Shown here: positions 10,711-20,511 of the stretch, in pieces
Position numbering within the stretch: the stretch's first letter is position 1
How the letters are laid out: each line of letters begins with the position of its first letter
Source of the DNA: Candidatus Dormiibacterota bacterium
GTDB lineage: Bacteria; Chloroflexota; Dormibacteria; Aeolococcales; Aeolococcaceae
NCBI GenBank assembly: GCA_963709585.1
Contig: CAVPXI010000007.1
Span: 512,001-576,000, forward strand
DNA: 64,000 bases
Direction of reading: 5' to 3'
Position numbers and translations under genes: made by a program
Notes under the pieces: model-generated
Told to the model about the DNA's origin: nothing
Database searches by the model: none
Seen by the model: the letters and a program-made list of their open reading frames with translations, nothing else

Positions 10711-11724
10711 ATGCGCCACCGGGCACGTTCTCTCCACATCCTTGCCCTCGCCCCGGTCGCCGCAGTTCTCGCGGGTGTCCCCGGCCCGACGCCCCACGCC
10801 CAAGCGGCTTCGTCCAGGGCGCCGGTTCCGGTCGTGGTCACCGTCGACCCCGGCCATGGCGGCCCGTCCGACCGCGGAGCAATCGGGATGAATGGGCTGC
10901 TCGAGAAGGTCGTCGACCTCGACGTGGGCGCGAGGCTCGCGGGCCTGCTGCGCGCCGACCTCGTCGAGGTGGTGATGACCCGAAGTTCCGACGTCAGCGT
11001 GTCCGCCTCTCGGCGCGAACGGGTCTCGATCGCGCATCACGCGGCACTCGTGGTGAGCATCGCAGCCGGCGCCGCGGCCAACGCGAGGACCGCCGGCTCG
11101 CTGGTGCTCTATCCGACCAGCGCGAGCGCCGCGTTCGCGCAGACGCTGAGCGATGCGCTTACCGCCCAGATCGCGGCCGGCGGCGTGCGCGGCGGCGGCG
11201 TGGAGCTCGGCGACCCGGCGTGGGCCCACAACCCAGTGCCGGTCGCGACCGTCGAGATGGGCTATCTCAGCAACCGGACCGACGCATCGCTGATGGTCTC
11301 GGCATCCTTCCGTCAGGACGTGGCCGTCGGGCTGCGCGACGGCGTCGAGGCTTACATGCCCGCGATCATCGCCCGGCGCGATGCGATCCGAGCGTGGCGG
11401 AGCGGCCACCCTGGCACAGTCGCGCCCGGATCGCTCACTCCAGCCTCGGCCACGCTGCCGGGAACGAGTGGGTTCCAGTTCGGCCAGGTCATCGCGTGGC
11501 TCGCCGGCATCGGCATCGTTGGCGTGGTGCTGCTGTTTCGCGATGCGGTGGCACGCGTGCTGGTGGTGCTGATCGCCCTGGTCCTGCGATTGTTCGGGGG
11601 CGTGCTGTGGCTGCGCCGGGCCGCGATTCGACGCCGACGAAGGCGACGTCGTTTTTCCCCGGACTCACCGGTCGAGGATCCCGTGCCGCGCAGCGGTTCT
11701 GTGTACGACGACATCCCGCTGTGA
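10711..11724 (+). CDS. N-acetylmuramoyl-L-alanine amidase (Amidase_3)-like protein with C-terminal membrane anchor
   Basis: VDPGHGG, LEK, VEMGYLSN; usual SIH replaced by SIA; C-terminal TM helices and Arg-rich tail. Confidence 0.85.
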   Translation: MRHRARSLHILALAPVAAVLAGVPGPTPHAQAASSRAPVPVVVTVDPGHGGPSDRGAIGMNGLLEKVVDLDVGARLAGLLRADLVEVVMTRSSDVSVSASRRERVSIAHHAALVVSIAAGAAANARTAGSLVLYPTSASAAFAQTLSDALTAQIAAGGVRGGGVELGDPAWAHNPVPVATVEMGYLSNRTDASLMVSASFRQDVAVGLRDGVEAYMPAIIARRDAIRAWRSGHPGTVAPGSLTPASATLPGTSGFQFGQVIAWLAGIGIVGVVLLFRDAVARVLVVLIALVLRLFGGVLWLRRAAIRRRRRRRRFSPDSPVEDPVPRSGSVYDDIPL

Positions 11725-12056
11725 TGTCGAACATCGACACGGTCCGCGCGTCGATGGACGCGTACGGCGACCAGGACCTCGAGGCCGCCACGCGCCTGCT
11801 TGCCGAGGATTTCACCTTCACCAGCCCCCAGGACGACCACATCGACAAGTCGGCGTATCTCGAGCGCTGCTTCCCCACCGCGGACCGGTTCGCCGCGTCC
11901 GAAATCGTGGCGATCGTTGCGGCCGGCGATGACAGCGTCCTTCTGCTCTACGAATACGAGTTGACGAACGGCGAGCGCTACCGGAATACCGAGTACATAA
12001 CGGTGCGCAACGGGCAGTTGGTCGAAACCCAGGTGTTCTTCGGCGGCCGCGTGTAG
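11724..12056 (+). CDS. NTF2/SnoaL-like protein
   Basis: ATG overlaps the upstream TGA; LLAEDFTFTSPQDD..YLERCFP, RNTEY..VETQVFFG. Confidence 0.85.
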   Translation: MSNIDTVRASMDAYGDQDLEAATRLLAEDFTFTSPQDDHIDKSAYLERCFPTADRFAASEIVAIVAAGDDSVLLLYEYELTNGERYRNTEYITVRNGQLVETQVFFGGRV

Positions 12057-12211
12057 CCCGGACCCGGCTCGCTTGGCTCCGCCCTCAGTCGGCCGTGGCG
12101 GTTGCATACTGCGGGCGTCCGCTAGGTCGATAGCCCGGGCAATTGCGCAGTCCAGTCCCGGTCCATAAACTCAAGGTCCTTGTCATCAACTCTCGGAGAG
12201 GAGCGTGAACG

Positions 12212-12691
12212 ATGGCCCCGACGAAAGCTGCAACCACGGCCACGCCGAAGCCGGCGAAGCGCACCACTGCGAACGCCACCGCATCCAAGGGATTCAGCGC
12301 TGAAGAGAAGGCCGCAGCGCGCGAGCGCGTCCGGGAGCTGAAGGCAGAGGCGGCCAAGGCGGATGGAAAAACAGAGCTCCTCGCGGCTATCGCCAGGATG
12401 CAGGAACCGGATCGCACCATTGCCAAGAAGGTCCACGCGCTGATCACAGCCGCGGCACCGGCCCTCGCACCGAAAACCTGGTACGGGATGCCCGCTTATG
12501 CCAAGGACGGCAATGTCATCTGCTACTTCCAGAACGCCGGGAAGTTCAAGGTCCGATATCAGACGCTCGGCTTCAGCGACAAGGCGAAGGTCGACGACGG
12601 CGCCATGTGGCCGATTCAGTACGCGCTGAGCAAGTTGACTGCCACCGAAGAGGCAAAGATCACAGCCCTTGTGAAAAAAGCGGTGCGCTAA
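12212..12691 (+). CDS. DUF1801 (YdhG-like) domain protein
   Basis: APKTWYGMPAYAKDG, FKVRYQTLGFSD, MWP; SD GAGGAG. Confidence 0.88.
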   Translation: MAPTKAATTATPKPAKRTTANATASKGFSAEEKAAARERVRELKAEAAKADGKTELLAAIARMQEPDRTIAKKVHALITAAAPALAPKTWYGMPAYAKDGNVICYFQNAGKFKVRYQTLGFSDKAKVDDGAMWPIQYALSKLTATEEAKITALVKKAVR

Positions 12692-12732
12692 GACGCGCCC
12701 CCTGACAGACATACACAAATCCGTTTAGGCTG

Positions 12733-12818
12733 CTGATTGTCGGGTGCTCACCCGGGAACGGGGCTCTGCCGGGCGATGGGAGCGTCGTGTGAAGCCCACA
12801 CGGAGGGCCGACTATCAG
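12733..12818 (+). ncRNA. Candidate structured RNA (possible IS110-type non-coding remnant)
   Basis: Closing stem CTGATTGTCGG/CCGACTATCAG with inner GCTC/GAGC and GGG/CCC; preceded by CTGACA-N18-TAGGCT. Confidence 0.4.
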
Positions 12819-13617
12819 GGCTGCGCGAGGATGGCCTTGTGCAGCAATGCGTTCACCGTGTCCGGCGCTTCGAGATTCACCATGTGCCCGAGTCCGGCAC
12901 GTCGATCCGCTGCGCACCGGGAATGCGCCGCGCGAGCAGATCGGCCATCGTCCGGAAACACGGCACGTCGAGCTCGCCGACGACAACGGTCGTGGGCACG
13001 CCGATCTGCTCGAGCATGGCGATCGGGTCCAAGTCCGTTCGCGCCTGGGGATCCTCATGCGTCCAGTGGAATCCCGAGTACGGTTCGACCAGCGCGGCGA
13101 GACGTCGCGCCAGCTGCGCGTCGCGGCACGCCGGGGCGAAGAGCGGATGCCGGAGCCAGGTGGCTCTCGCCGCGGACATCCCCTCGGTTGTCGCGGCACG
13201 CTCCGCATCTTTCATGCCTTGCTCGGACGCGGCGTCCCACTCCACACCATTGAGCACCGAATCCAGCAGTACCAGACCGCGGACGCGCTCAGGCGCGACG
13301 AGCGCGGTCTCGAGGACGACGCGCCCACCCATGGACAATCCGACAAACACTGCGCTGTCGATCCCAAGTCGATCGAGCAGCGCAAGCAAGTCTGCGCTGT
13401 GCGTGTAGGGGATCCCGGCGGAGGGCTCGCTCGATCGTCCGAAACCGCGCAGATCGCAGCGGACGACGGTCGCGACGTCGCGAAGGGCGGCAACCTGCTC
13501 GTCCCACATCCGGCCGTCGAGTGAGAAGCCGTGGACGAGTACGGCTGCCGGGCCCCTGCCATCGACGTCGTAGTGGAGGTCGGCTCCCGCAACCGGGAGC
13601 CGACCCTCAGTGTTCAC
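12815..13617 (-). CDS. Alpha/beta hydrolase; frameshift near 12887
   Basis: LVHGF, DLRGFGRS, GLSMGG nucleophile, VVGELD; catalytic His (GHMVNLEAP) lies in the shifted frame ending at 12815. Confidence 0.88.
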
Positions 13618-13716
13618 GTGCGGATTGTGGTCGAGCCTCTCCTACTCGCGGGCATCGCTCAGGCCCTGCCCCGTGTGGTCGCGGGGCGGAGGGCGGCCTT
13701 CGGTAGACTTCGGCGC

Positions 13717-14894
13717 ATGGGTGAACCACAGCTCCGCGTTCCCGGTCCGACCCCGCTCCCCGCTCGCGTGGTCCGCTCCGCGAGCCGTCCCATGATCAAC
13801 CACCGCGGCCCGGAGTTCGCCGAGGTGATGGATGACGTCATCGGCGGGCTGCGCTGGGCGCTGCGCACCGACAACGACATTCTGCTGTACCCCTGCAGTG
13901 GCACCGGTGGCCTCGAGGCCGCCGTGGTTAACCTGCTGAGCCCCGGCGAGCAGGCGCTGTTCTGCGTCATGGGATCGTTCGGGGAGCGCTGGGCAAAGAT
14001 CGGCGACACCTACAGCGCCGAGGTGGTGCGGCTGACCGTGCCTCAGGGCGAGCCCATCGATCCGGAGGACGTCGAGCGCACGCTTGCCGCGCACCCCGAC
14101 GTCACCACCGTCTTCGTCACGCACAACGAGACGTCGACCGGGGTGACCAACGACCTCGCGGGGATCGCGGGTGTTGTCAAGAGTCGCGGCAAGATGCTCG
14201 CGGTCGACAGCGTCAGCGGCGCCGGTTGCCTGCCGCTGGAGACGGACGCGCTCGGCATCGACGTCCTCGTGACCGGCTCCCAGAAGGGCTGGATGGCCCC
14301 GCCAGGCATCGCGATGATCGCAGTCAGCGCGGCGGCGTTCGCTCGTTCGGACACCGCCACGAACCCTCGCTTCTACCTCGACTTCGCCCGCGAGAAGAAG
14401 GCGCAGGACAAGAAGCAGACGGCCACGACGCCGCCAGTGTCGGTGATGTTCGCGCTCCAGGAAGGCCTGGCGATGCTTCGCGAAGAGGGACTGGACAACG
14501 TCTGGGCCCGCCACGCTCGCGTCGGCAGGATGATCCGCGCCGGTGTCCAGGCGATGGGCATGAGGCTGCTCGCCGCCGACGGTCATCGCAGCAACACCGT
14601 CACCGCGGTGCACAGCCCGGCGGATACACCGAGGCGTTGAAAAATCTGCTGACGACGTTGCGGACGGCACACAGCCTTGTGCTCGCGGGCGGCCAGGAAT
14701 CGCTGCAGGGGAAGATCTTCCGAATCGGCCACCTCGGTTTCATCGACGACGCCGACGCCTACACGATCCTCGCCCTGCTCGAGGCCGGACTGATCGACAC
14801 CGGACTGCGAACGCGCGGCGGACTCGCCATCGCGGCGGCACAGGCGGAAGCACGCGGGACGGTCGCGCAGGCAGAACCCGTCAGCGTCAGGTGA
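13717..14894 (+). CDS. Class V PLP aminotransferase (SerC-like/serine-pyruvate type); frameshift near 14630
   Basis: VPGPTP, HRGPEF, HNETSTGV, PLP-Lys GSQKG; C-terminal GGQESLQGKIFRIGHLG in the next frame; directly upstream of serA. Confidence 0.9.
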
Positions 14895-16507
14895 CCGTCA
14901 CCGCGGAGCCACGCACCGCGGCCGGGACGGTGACACGCATCCTGGTGGCGGACCCGATCGCCGAGGACGGCGTGACCCGCCTGCGCGCCGCCGGCGAGGT
15001 CGACGTCATGACCGGGCTCGAGCCGAGCGCGCTCTGTGAGCGCATCGGAGACTACGACGCGCTTGTGGTTCGCAGCGAGACCAAGGTCACCGCCGACGTG
15101 TTCGCCGCCGCGCCGCGACTGCGCGTGGTCGGGCGCGCGGGGGTCGGCGTCGACAACATCGATCTCGAAGCCGCGACGCGGCATGGCGTGCTCGTGCTCA
15201 ACGCACCCACCGGCAACACCATCGCGGCGACCGAGCACGCCATCGCCATGATGCTGGCGCTCGCCCGCAACCTCCCCGCCGCCGACCGGTCCCTCCACGG
15301 CGGCCTGTGGGAGCGCTCGAAATTCATGGGTATCGAGCTGCGCGAGAAGACGCTCGGAGTCCTCGGACTTGGGAAGATCGGCTCCGAGGTCGCACGCATC
15401 GCCCGCGAGGGGCTGCGCATGCGGGTGCTCGCTCACGACCCGCTGGTCACCGCCGATCGCGCGCTCCAGGCGGGCGTGGAGCTCTGTGACTTTGAGACAT
15501 TGCTGACGGAAAGTGACTTCCTCACGGTCCACGTCCCGCTGACCGATGCCACCCGCGGCGTGATCGGCGCGGCAGAGCTCAAACGGATGCGCAAGGGCGC
15601 TCGCCTGATCAACGTTGCGCGCGGCGGCATCATCGACGAGCAGGCGCTCGCGGATGCGATCCGCGACGGCCATATCGCCGGGGCCGCCATCGACGTCTTC
15701 ACCAAGGAGCCGCCGGACGCCTCGAATCCGCTGCTCCAGCTCGAGAAGGTGGTGGTCACGCCGCACCTCGGCGCCAGCACACGCGAGGCCCAGGTGAATG
15801 TCGCTTTCGACGTGGCTGATCAGATCGTGGAATATCTGGCGGGCGGAACCCCGCGATACGCAGTCAACGCGCCCACGGTGCTGCCCGAGGAGCTGGCGAG
15901 GCTCCAGCCGTACCTCGTCCTGGCTGAGAAGATCGGCTCGCTCGCGGCGCAACTCGACGGTCGCAAGCTGCGCCGGGTGGTGTGCAGTTACTCCGGTGAG
16001 CTTGCAAGCATCGACACGTCGATCATCACCGCCCACGTGCTGCGCGGGCTCTTCGCGCATTTCACCGAGACCCGGGTCAACCCGGTCAACGCGAAGATCG
16101 TGGCCACGTCGATGGGCGTCGATGTCGACGAGCGCCACACCACACGCAGCGTCGATCCCGAGGGTTCGCTGTTCGTCGAGGTGGTCGGGGAGCAGAGGCT
16201 GACCATTGCCGGCACGCAGTTCGATGACGGCGCCCGGATCACCCGGATCAACGACTTCCGGGTCGACATGCAGCCCGCCGGCACCTTCCTCGTGGTCACC
16301 CACCAGGATCGTCCAGGTGTGATCGCCGCAATCTCAACGCTGCTCGCGCGCAATGACGTCAACATCGCCGGCATCGAGCTGGGGCGGGACCGTCCGCGCG
16401 GCCATGCGGTGATGCTGATGGAGATCGACGACCCGGTGAGCGTCGAGCTTCTCGAGGAGGTGCGCGAAACCGCCATGCTCGACCAGCTCCGCCAGGTGCG
16501 GCTCTGA
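14891..16507 (+). CDS. serA: D-3-phosphoglycerate dehydrogenase (long form with ASB and ACT domains)
   Basis: VRSETKVT, GRAGVGVDNID, GLGKIG, INVARGG, TPHLGAST, HQDRPGVI. Confidence 0.96.
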   Translation: MTVTAEPRTAAGTVTRILVADPIAEDGVTRLRAAGEVDVMTGLEPSALCERIGDYDALVVRSETKVTADVFAAAPRLRVVGRAGVGVDNIDLEAATRHGVLVLNAPTGNTIAATEHAIAMMLALARNLPAADRSLHGGLWERSKFMGIELREKTLGVLGLGKIGSEVARIAREGLRMRVLAHDPLVTADRALQAGVELCDFETLLTESDFLTVHVPLTDATRGVIGAAELKRMRKGARLINVARGGIIDEQALADAIRDGHIAGAAIDVFTKEPPDASNPLLQLEKVVVTPHLGASTREAQVNVAFDVADQIVEYLAGGTPRYAVNAPTVLPEELARLQPYLVLAEKIGSLAAQLDGRKLRRVVCSYSGELASIDTSIITAHVLRGLFAHFTETRVNPVNAKIVATSMGVDVDERHTTRSVDPEGSLFVEVVGEQRLTIAGTQFDDGARITRINDFRVDMQPAGTFLVVTHQDRPGVIAAISTLLARNDVNIAGIELGRDRPRGHAVMLMEIDDPVSVELLEEVRETAMLDQLRQVRL

Positions 16508-16543
16508 GGGCCTGACGCTCCGTCCGCGGACGGAAGCACACGC

Positions 16544-17824
16544 ATGGCCATCGTTCTGCCCTTCGAGGGCACTCGCTACAATCCCGAGCACGTGAAACTC
16601 GGCGGCGTGCTCGCGCCGCCGTACGACGTCATCACGGACGCGCAGCGCGAGGAGCTGTACGGCCGCGATCTGCGCAACATCGTCCGCATCGACTACGGCG
16701 TGTCGTACCCGAACGACGTCGAGGGCGTCGACGACCGCTACACGCGCGCCGCATCCTTTCTGGCGTCCTGGCTGGACCTCGGCGTCCTGGTCCGCGACGT
16801 CCCCGCGAGCTTCTACGTCGTCGATCACCACTTCCAGCACCCCGATGGCACTCGGCGCATGCGCCGGGGTGTGCTCGGGACGGTGGCGGCAACACCCTGG
16901 GAAGCCTCCGACCTGCGTCCGCACGAGCGCACGCTGCGCGGCCCCAAGTTGGACCGCCTTGCGCTCCTTCGCGCCACGCGAGCCCAGACGAGCCCCGTCT
17001 TCGCGGTGTGGACCGACGCCGACGGCATCGCCGAGACACTCGACGGCGTGGCGACCGGCGACGCGCTGCTGGGCGGGCGCATCGATGGAGAGATCGCGTC
17101 GGAGAAGTTGCTGCTCTGGCGCGTCGCCGACCAGAAGCAGGTGGAGGCGATCGAACGCGCTGTGCGCGGCGCCGCGCTGTACGTGGCCGACGGCCATCAT
17201 CGCTACGAGACCGCCGCCGCATACGCAGCGGAGCGCCGTGACGCGGACGCAGACGCACCACCGGGCGCGCGCTGGGAGCGCTGCCTCGTCTACCTCGCCG
17301 CAGCGGACGATCCCGGCATCACGATCCTGCCCACGCATCGGCTCGTCCGGCCGGGACCCGGGATCGCCTTCAGCCTCGACGACCTCTGGGCACGTCTCGA
17401 TGACGTCTACGAGGCGGTGCCCGCAGCCGACGGGCGCGCGGCGCTCGCCGCGGCGGCGTCGATGCACTCGACCCACCACGCGTTCGCGGTGGTCGCGCAC
17501 GACGGCGCGGCGGTGCTCCGGCGTCCGCGACGCGGCGAGGGCTCGCCGCGTGACCGGCTCGACGTCGCCGTGCTCGAGGCCGAGGTGCTCGGGCCTGCCG
17601 GCGTGTCTCGCGACATGATCAGTGGCGGCGCGCTGGCCTACACTCGCGACCCGGGCGAGCTCGACGCCGCGGTGACACGTGGTGAGGCAATCCTCGCCTT
17701 CGGCGTCCTGCCGGTGAGCACCGACGAGGTGATCGCGGTTGCCGGCGCCGGGGAGACGATGCCGCAGAAGTCAACGTACTTCTACCCGAAGGTGCCGACC
17801 GGGCTGGCATTGTTCGAGGTCTGA
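16544..17824 (+). CDS. DUF1015 family protein
   Basis: APPYDVI, PHERT, YVADGHHRY, ILPTHR, MPQKSTYFYPK. Confidence 0.93.
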   Translation: MAIVLPFEGTRYNPEHVKLGGVLAPPYDVITDAQREELYGRDLRNIVRIDYGVSYPNDVEGVDDRYTRAASFLASWLDLGVLVRDVPASFYVVDHHFQHPDGTRRMRRGVLGTVAATPWEASDLRPHERTLRGPKLDRLALLRATRAQTSPVFAVWTDADGIAETLDGVATGDALLGGRIDGEIASEKLLLWRVADQKQVEAIERAVRGAALYVADGHHRYETAAAYAAERRDADADAPPGARWERCLVYLAAADDPGITILPTHRLVRPGPGIAFSLDDLWARLDDVYEAVPAADGRAALAAAASMHSTHHAFAVVAHDGAAVLRRPRRGEGSPRDRLDVAVLEAEVLGPAGVSRDMISGGALAYTRDPGELDAAVTRGEAILAFGVLPVSTDEVIAVAGAGETMPQKSTYFYPKVPTGLALFEV

Positions 17825-17910
17825 TCGCGTCGCTGTCACCTCGGCGTGTTTGGCTCGAGGCCGTCAACGGGTAGAGTTGAAGCGTTCAACCGCGAACAGG
17901 GAACCATTGA

Positions 17911-18292
17911 TTGCCTACCTACGGATACCGCTGCCCGACGTGCTTGACCGAGTTCGAGCTCTGGCAGTCGATGCGCGACGATCCCGGCGCTTCCTGCCCG
18001 ACGTGTGGCGCCGCCGCGACGCGCCAGTTCTTTCCCGCGGGCATCGTCTTCAAGGGCTCGGGCTTCTACAAGACCGACAGCCGCAGCGCCGCCTCGTCCT
18101 CGATCACGTCGGACGGCGGGGAACTCGAAGAGCGCGACCAACGGCACCAAGCCTGACGGCGCAAAACCCGGCGCCGCCAAGGCCGACGGCCCAAAAGCCG
18201 ACGGCGCAAAGTCCGACGCCAAGACCCCCGCATCCGGAGCTTCTTCATCGACCTCGACCCCAAAACCCGTCTCGACTGACGCCGCCAGTTGA
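17911..18292 (+). CDS. FmdB-family zinc-ribbon protein with low-complexity tail; frameshift near 18120
   Basis: MPTYGYRCPTC..CPTCG..GIVFKGSGFYKTD; K/A/D/G/P-rich tail continues in the adjacent frame. Confidence 0.85.
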
Positions 18293-18333
18293 GTACGATG
18301 GATCAGCGGCTGCCCCACAACCAGGAGACCCCC

Positions 18334-18663
18334 ATGTCCCACCCCGTCACCGTTACCGACACCACCTTCAAGGAAGAGGTGCTGGACTCGGAGCTGCCCG
18401 TTTTGGTGGACTTCTGGGCCTCGTGGTGCACCCCGTGCAAGATGATCGCCCCGATCGTCGAGGAGTTCGCCACCCAGTACGACGGCCAGGTCAAGGTAGC
18501 CAAGGTTGACGTCGACGCCAACCCGATCACGCCTGGAATGTTCGGGATCATGAGCATTCCGACGCTGATGATCTTCCGCGGCGGCAAGGCCGAAGAGCGC
18601 ATCGTCGGCTACCAGCCGAAGCAGTCGCTCGAGGCGAAGCTGCTCGCCGTTCTCGCCGCCTGA
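18334..18663 (+). CDS. trxA: Thioredoxin
   Basis: PVLVDFWASWCTPCKM, MSIPTL; SD AGGAG. Confidence 0.93.
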   Translation: MSHPVTVTDTTFKEEVLDSELPVLVDFWASWCTPCKMIAPIVEEFATQYDGQVKVAKVDVDANPITPGMFGIMSIPTLMIFRGGKAEERIVGYQPKQSLEAKLLAVLAA

Positions 18664-18668
18664 CCCGC

Positions 18669-19952
18669 TCAGACCCCGAGTAGCTCGATCACCTCGCCGG
18701 CGAGGTAGAGGGACCCGCACACCACGACCACGCCCGCGCGGCCAGCGCGGACGTGCGCGCGATCCAGGGCGGTCTTCACATCGGCGGCGCTTTCGGCGGG
18801 AGGATCGAAGAGTCGCGCGAGCTCGGCGGGCGGGGTCGCCCTCTCGACCGCGGGAGCCGTGACCACGACGTCGGCCGTGAGCTCGCGCAGCCCCGCGGAC
18901 ATCGATTCGACGTCCTTGTTGCGCATCGCCGCGAAGACCGCGACGCACGGGCGCCCGCCGATCAGCTCACGAGCCGCGGTGACCATCGCGGCCATTCCCG
19001 CCGGGTTGTGAGCACCGTCGATCAGGATCGGCGGCTCGCCGTCGATCCAATCCATCCGGCCCCGCCAGCGCACGTTCTCGCAACCGCGCAGGACAGCGTC
19101 CGCATCGATAGTGACGGCGATGCCGGTGGCTCTGAGCGCGTCGCAGACCGCGACCGCGGTGGCGATGTTGGCGACCTGGAATGCGCCCCGCAGCGGCGCG
19201 TGCACGGTGACCGGCTGCCCGTCGTATACGGTGTCGACCACGACCCCGCGCATCCCCGCGGAGCGTCCGGTGAATCCCACGTCGTCGCCGACCACCGTCA
19301 GAGTCGCGCCGACCTCGACGACGCGCGCCCGCACCGCGTCGAGCCCGAGCTCGGATGCGGCGGTCACGGTCCGGTTGCCGGGCTTGATGATCGCAGCCTT
19401 CTCGCGCGCGATCTCGGGGACCGTCTCGCCGAGCAGGTCCTGGTGGTCGAGCGCGACGTTGGTGATCGCGGCGACGCCCAGGTCGAGAACGTTGGTGCTG
19501 TCGAGCCGGCCGCCGAGGCCGACCTCGCACACGAGCACCTCGGCATCCGCCTCGCGTGCAGCGAGGATGCCGGCGGCGGTGAGCACCTCGAACCCGGTTG
19601 GCTGGAGTTCCTCGGGGAGGGCCTCTGCCGCCTTCCATACGCGAGCGACCAGTGCCCCGAACTCCGACTCGCCGATCGGAACGCCGTCGCGAACGATGCG
19701 CTCGCAGTACGAGACGAGGTGCGGGCTGGTCAGGAGCACCGACCGATACCCAGCGGCGCGACAGATCGAATCCACGGTCGCGCACACGGATCCCTTGCCG
19801 TTGGTGCCCGCGACGAGAGCGCCGCGGAGTCCGACATGGGGGTTGCCGAGCGCCGCGAGCAGGGCTCGCGTGCGTTCGAGCCCTGGCATGATGCCGCGCC
19901 ACGCGACCGAGTCGAGCGTCGCCACCGCGCGGTCGTATGTCGCGGTGCTCAT
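18669..19952 (-). CDS. folC: Dihydrofolate synthase/folylpolyglutamate synthase
   Basis: VAGTNGKGS, TSPHL, EVGLGGRLDSTN, IAREKAAIIK, DGAHN, CGSLYLAG. Confidence 0.95.
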   Translation of the reverse strand: MSTATYDRAVATLDSVAWRGIMPGLERTRALLAALGNPHVGLRGALVAGTNGKGSVCATVDSICRAAGYRSVLLTSPHLVSYCERIVRDGVPIGESEFGALVARVWKAAEALPEELQPTGFEVLTAAGILAAREADAEVLVCEVGLGGRLDSTNVLDLGVAAITNVALDHQDLLGETVPEIAREKAAIIKPGNRTVTAASELGLDAVRARVVEVGATLTVVGDDVGFTGRSAGMRGVVVDTVYDGQPVTVHAPLRGAFQVANIATAVAVCDALRATGIAVTIDADAVLRGCENVRWRGRMDWIDGEPPILIDGAHNPAGMAAMVTAARELIGGRPCVAVFAAMRNKDVESMSAGLRELTADVVVTAPAVERATPPAELARLFDPPAESAADVKTALDRAHVRAGRAGVVVVCGSLYLAGEVIELLGV

Positions 19953-20506
19953 GCCCAGTGCCAGGCCTCGTTCATCGCCTCCCCGGGGTCGGGCAGGCTG
20001 ACCAGGCGGCGCAGCGCTCCGATCCACGCTCGCCGCCGATCGGCAGCGTCCTCGACTCCCTCGATCCCGAGGTCGCGGTAGAGGCCGCCGGTCTGGTGGG
20101 CGAGCACCGCCTGCACCTCCTGGTACTCGAGGAGACCGGAGGCGTCGACGATCGCCGCGCCGCCGCGATCGGTGTCGACCACCAGCCGGAAGACCCGACC
20201 CTGGTTGTCGTCGAACGTCGATCGCGGCGTGATCGTGATCGCCCCGATCTGCGGGAGGAGGCCGGCGATCCGATCCAGCCACGCGTGCTGCGGATCGGGT
20301 GACGCCTCCACGTCGGCGTCGACAAAGAGCTCACCCGCCAGGGAGAGCACCGCGGTCTGGAACTGCGTGTAGTACAGGAGATCTGCGCCGTTGAGGGCAA
20401 CGCTGCCGACGTCGGTGCCGTCATCGCCGCTGAACGTGACCATGAACGGGCGCGCGTACGGCTTGCGCGCCTCCGACTCGCTCCAGCGAATACGCATCGA
20501 GGGCAT
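19949..20506 (-). CDS. Hypothetical protein with internal duplication
   Basis: Fills the folD-folC gap exactly and its stop overlaps the folC start; GC3-biased codons. Confidence 0.75.
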   Translation of the reverse strand: MPSMRIRWSESEARKPYARPFMVTFSGDDGTDVGSVALNGADLLYYTQFQTAVLSLAGELFVDADVEASPDPQHAWLDRIAGLLPQIGAITITPRSTFDDNQGRVFRLVVDTDRGGAAIVDASGLLEYQEVQAVLAHQTGGLYRDLGIEGVEDAADRRRAWIGALRRLVSLPDPGEAMNEAWHWA

Positions 20507-20511
20507 CGGAC

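Noticed and set aside
18140-18230. 15-bp-period repeats encoding KxDGA
   Set aside because: Low-complexity tail of the FmdB-family protein, not a CRISPR or mobile repeat
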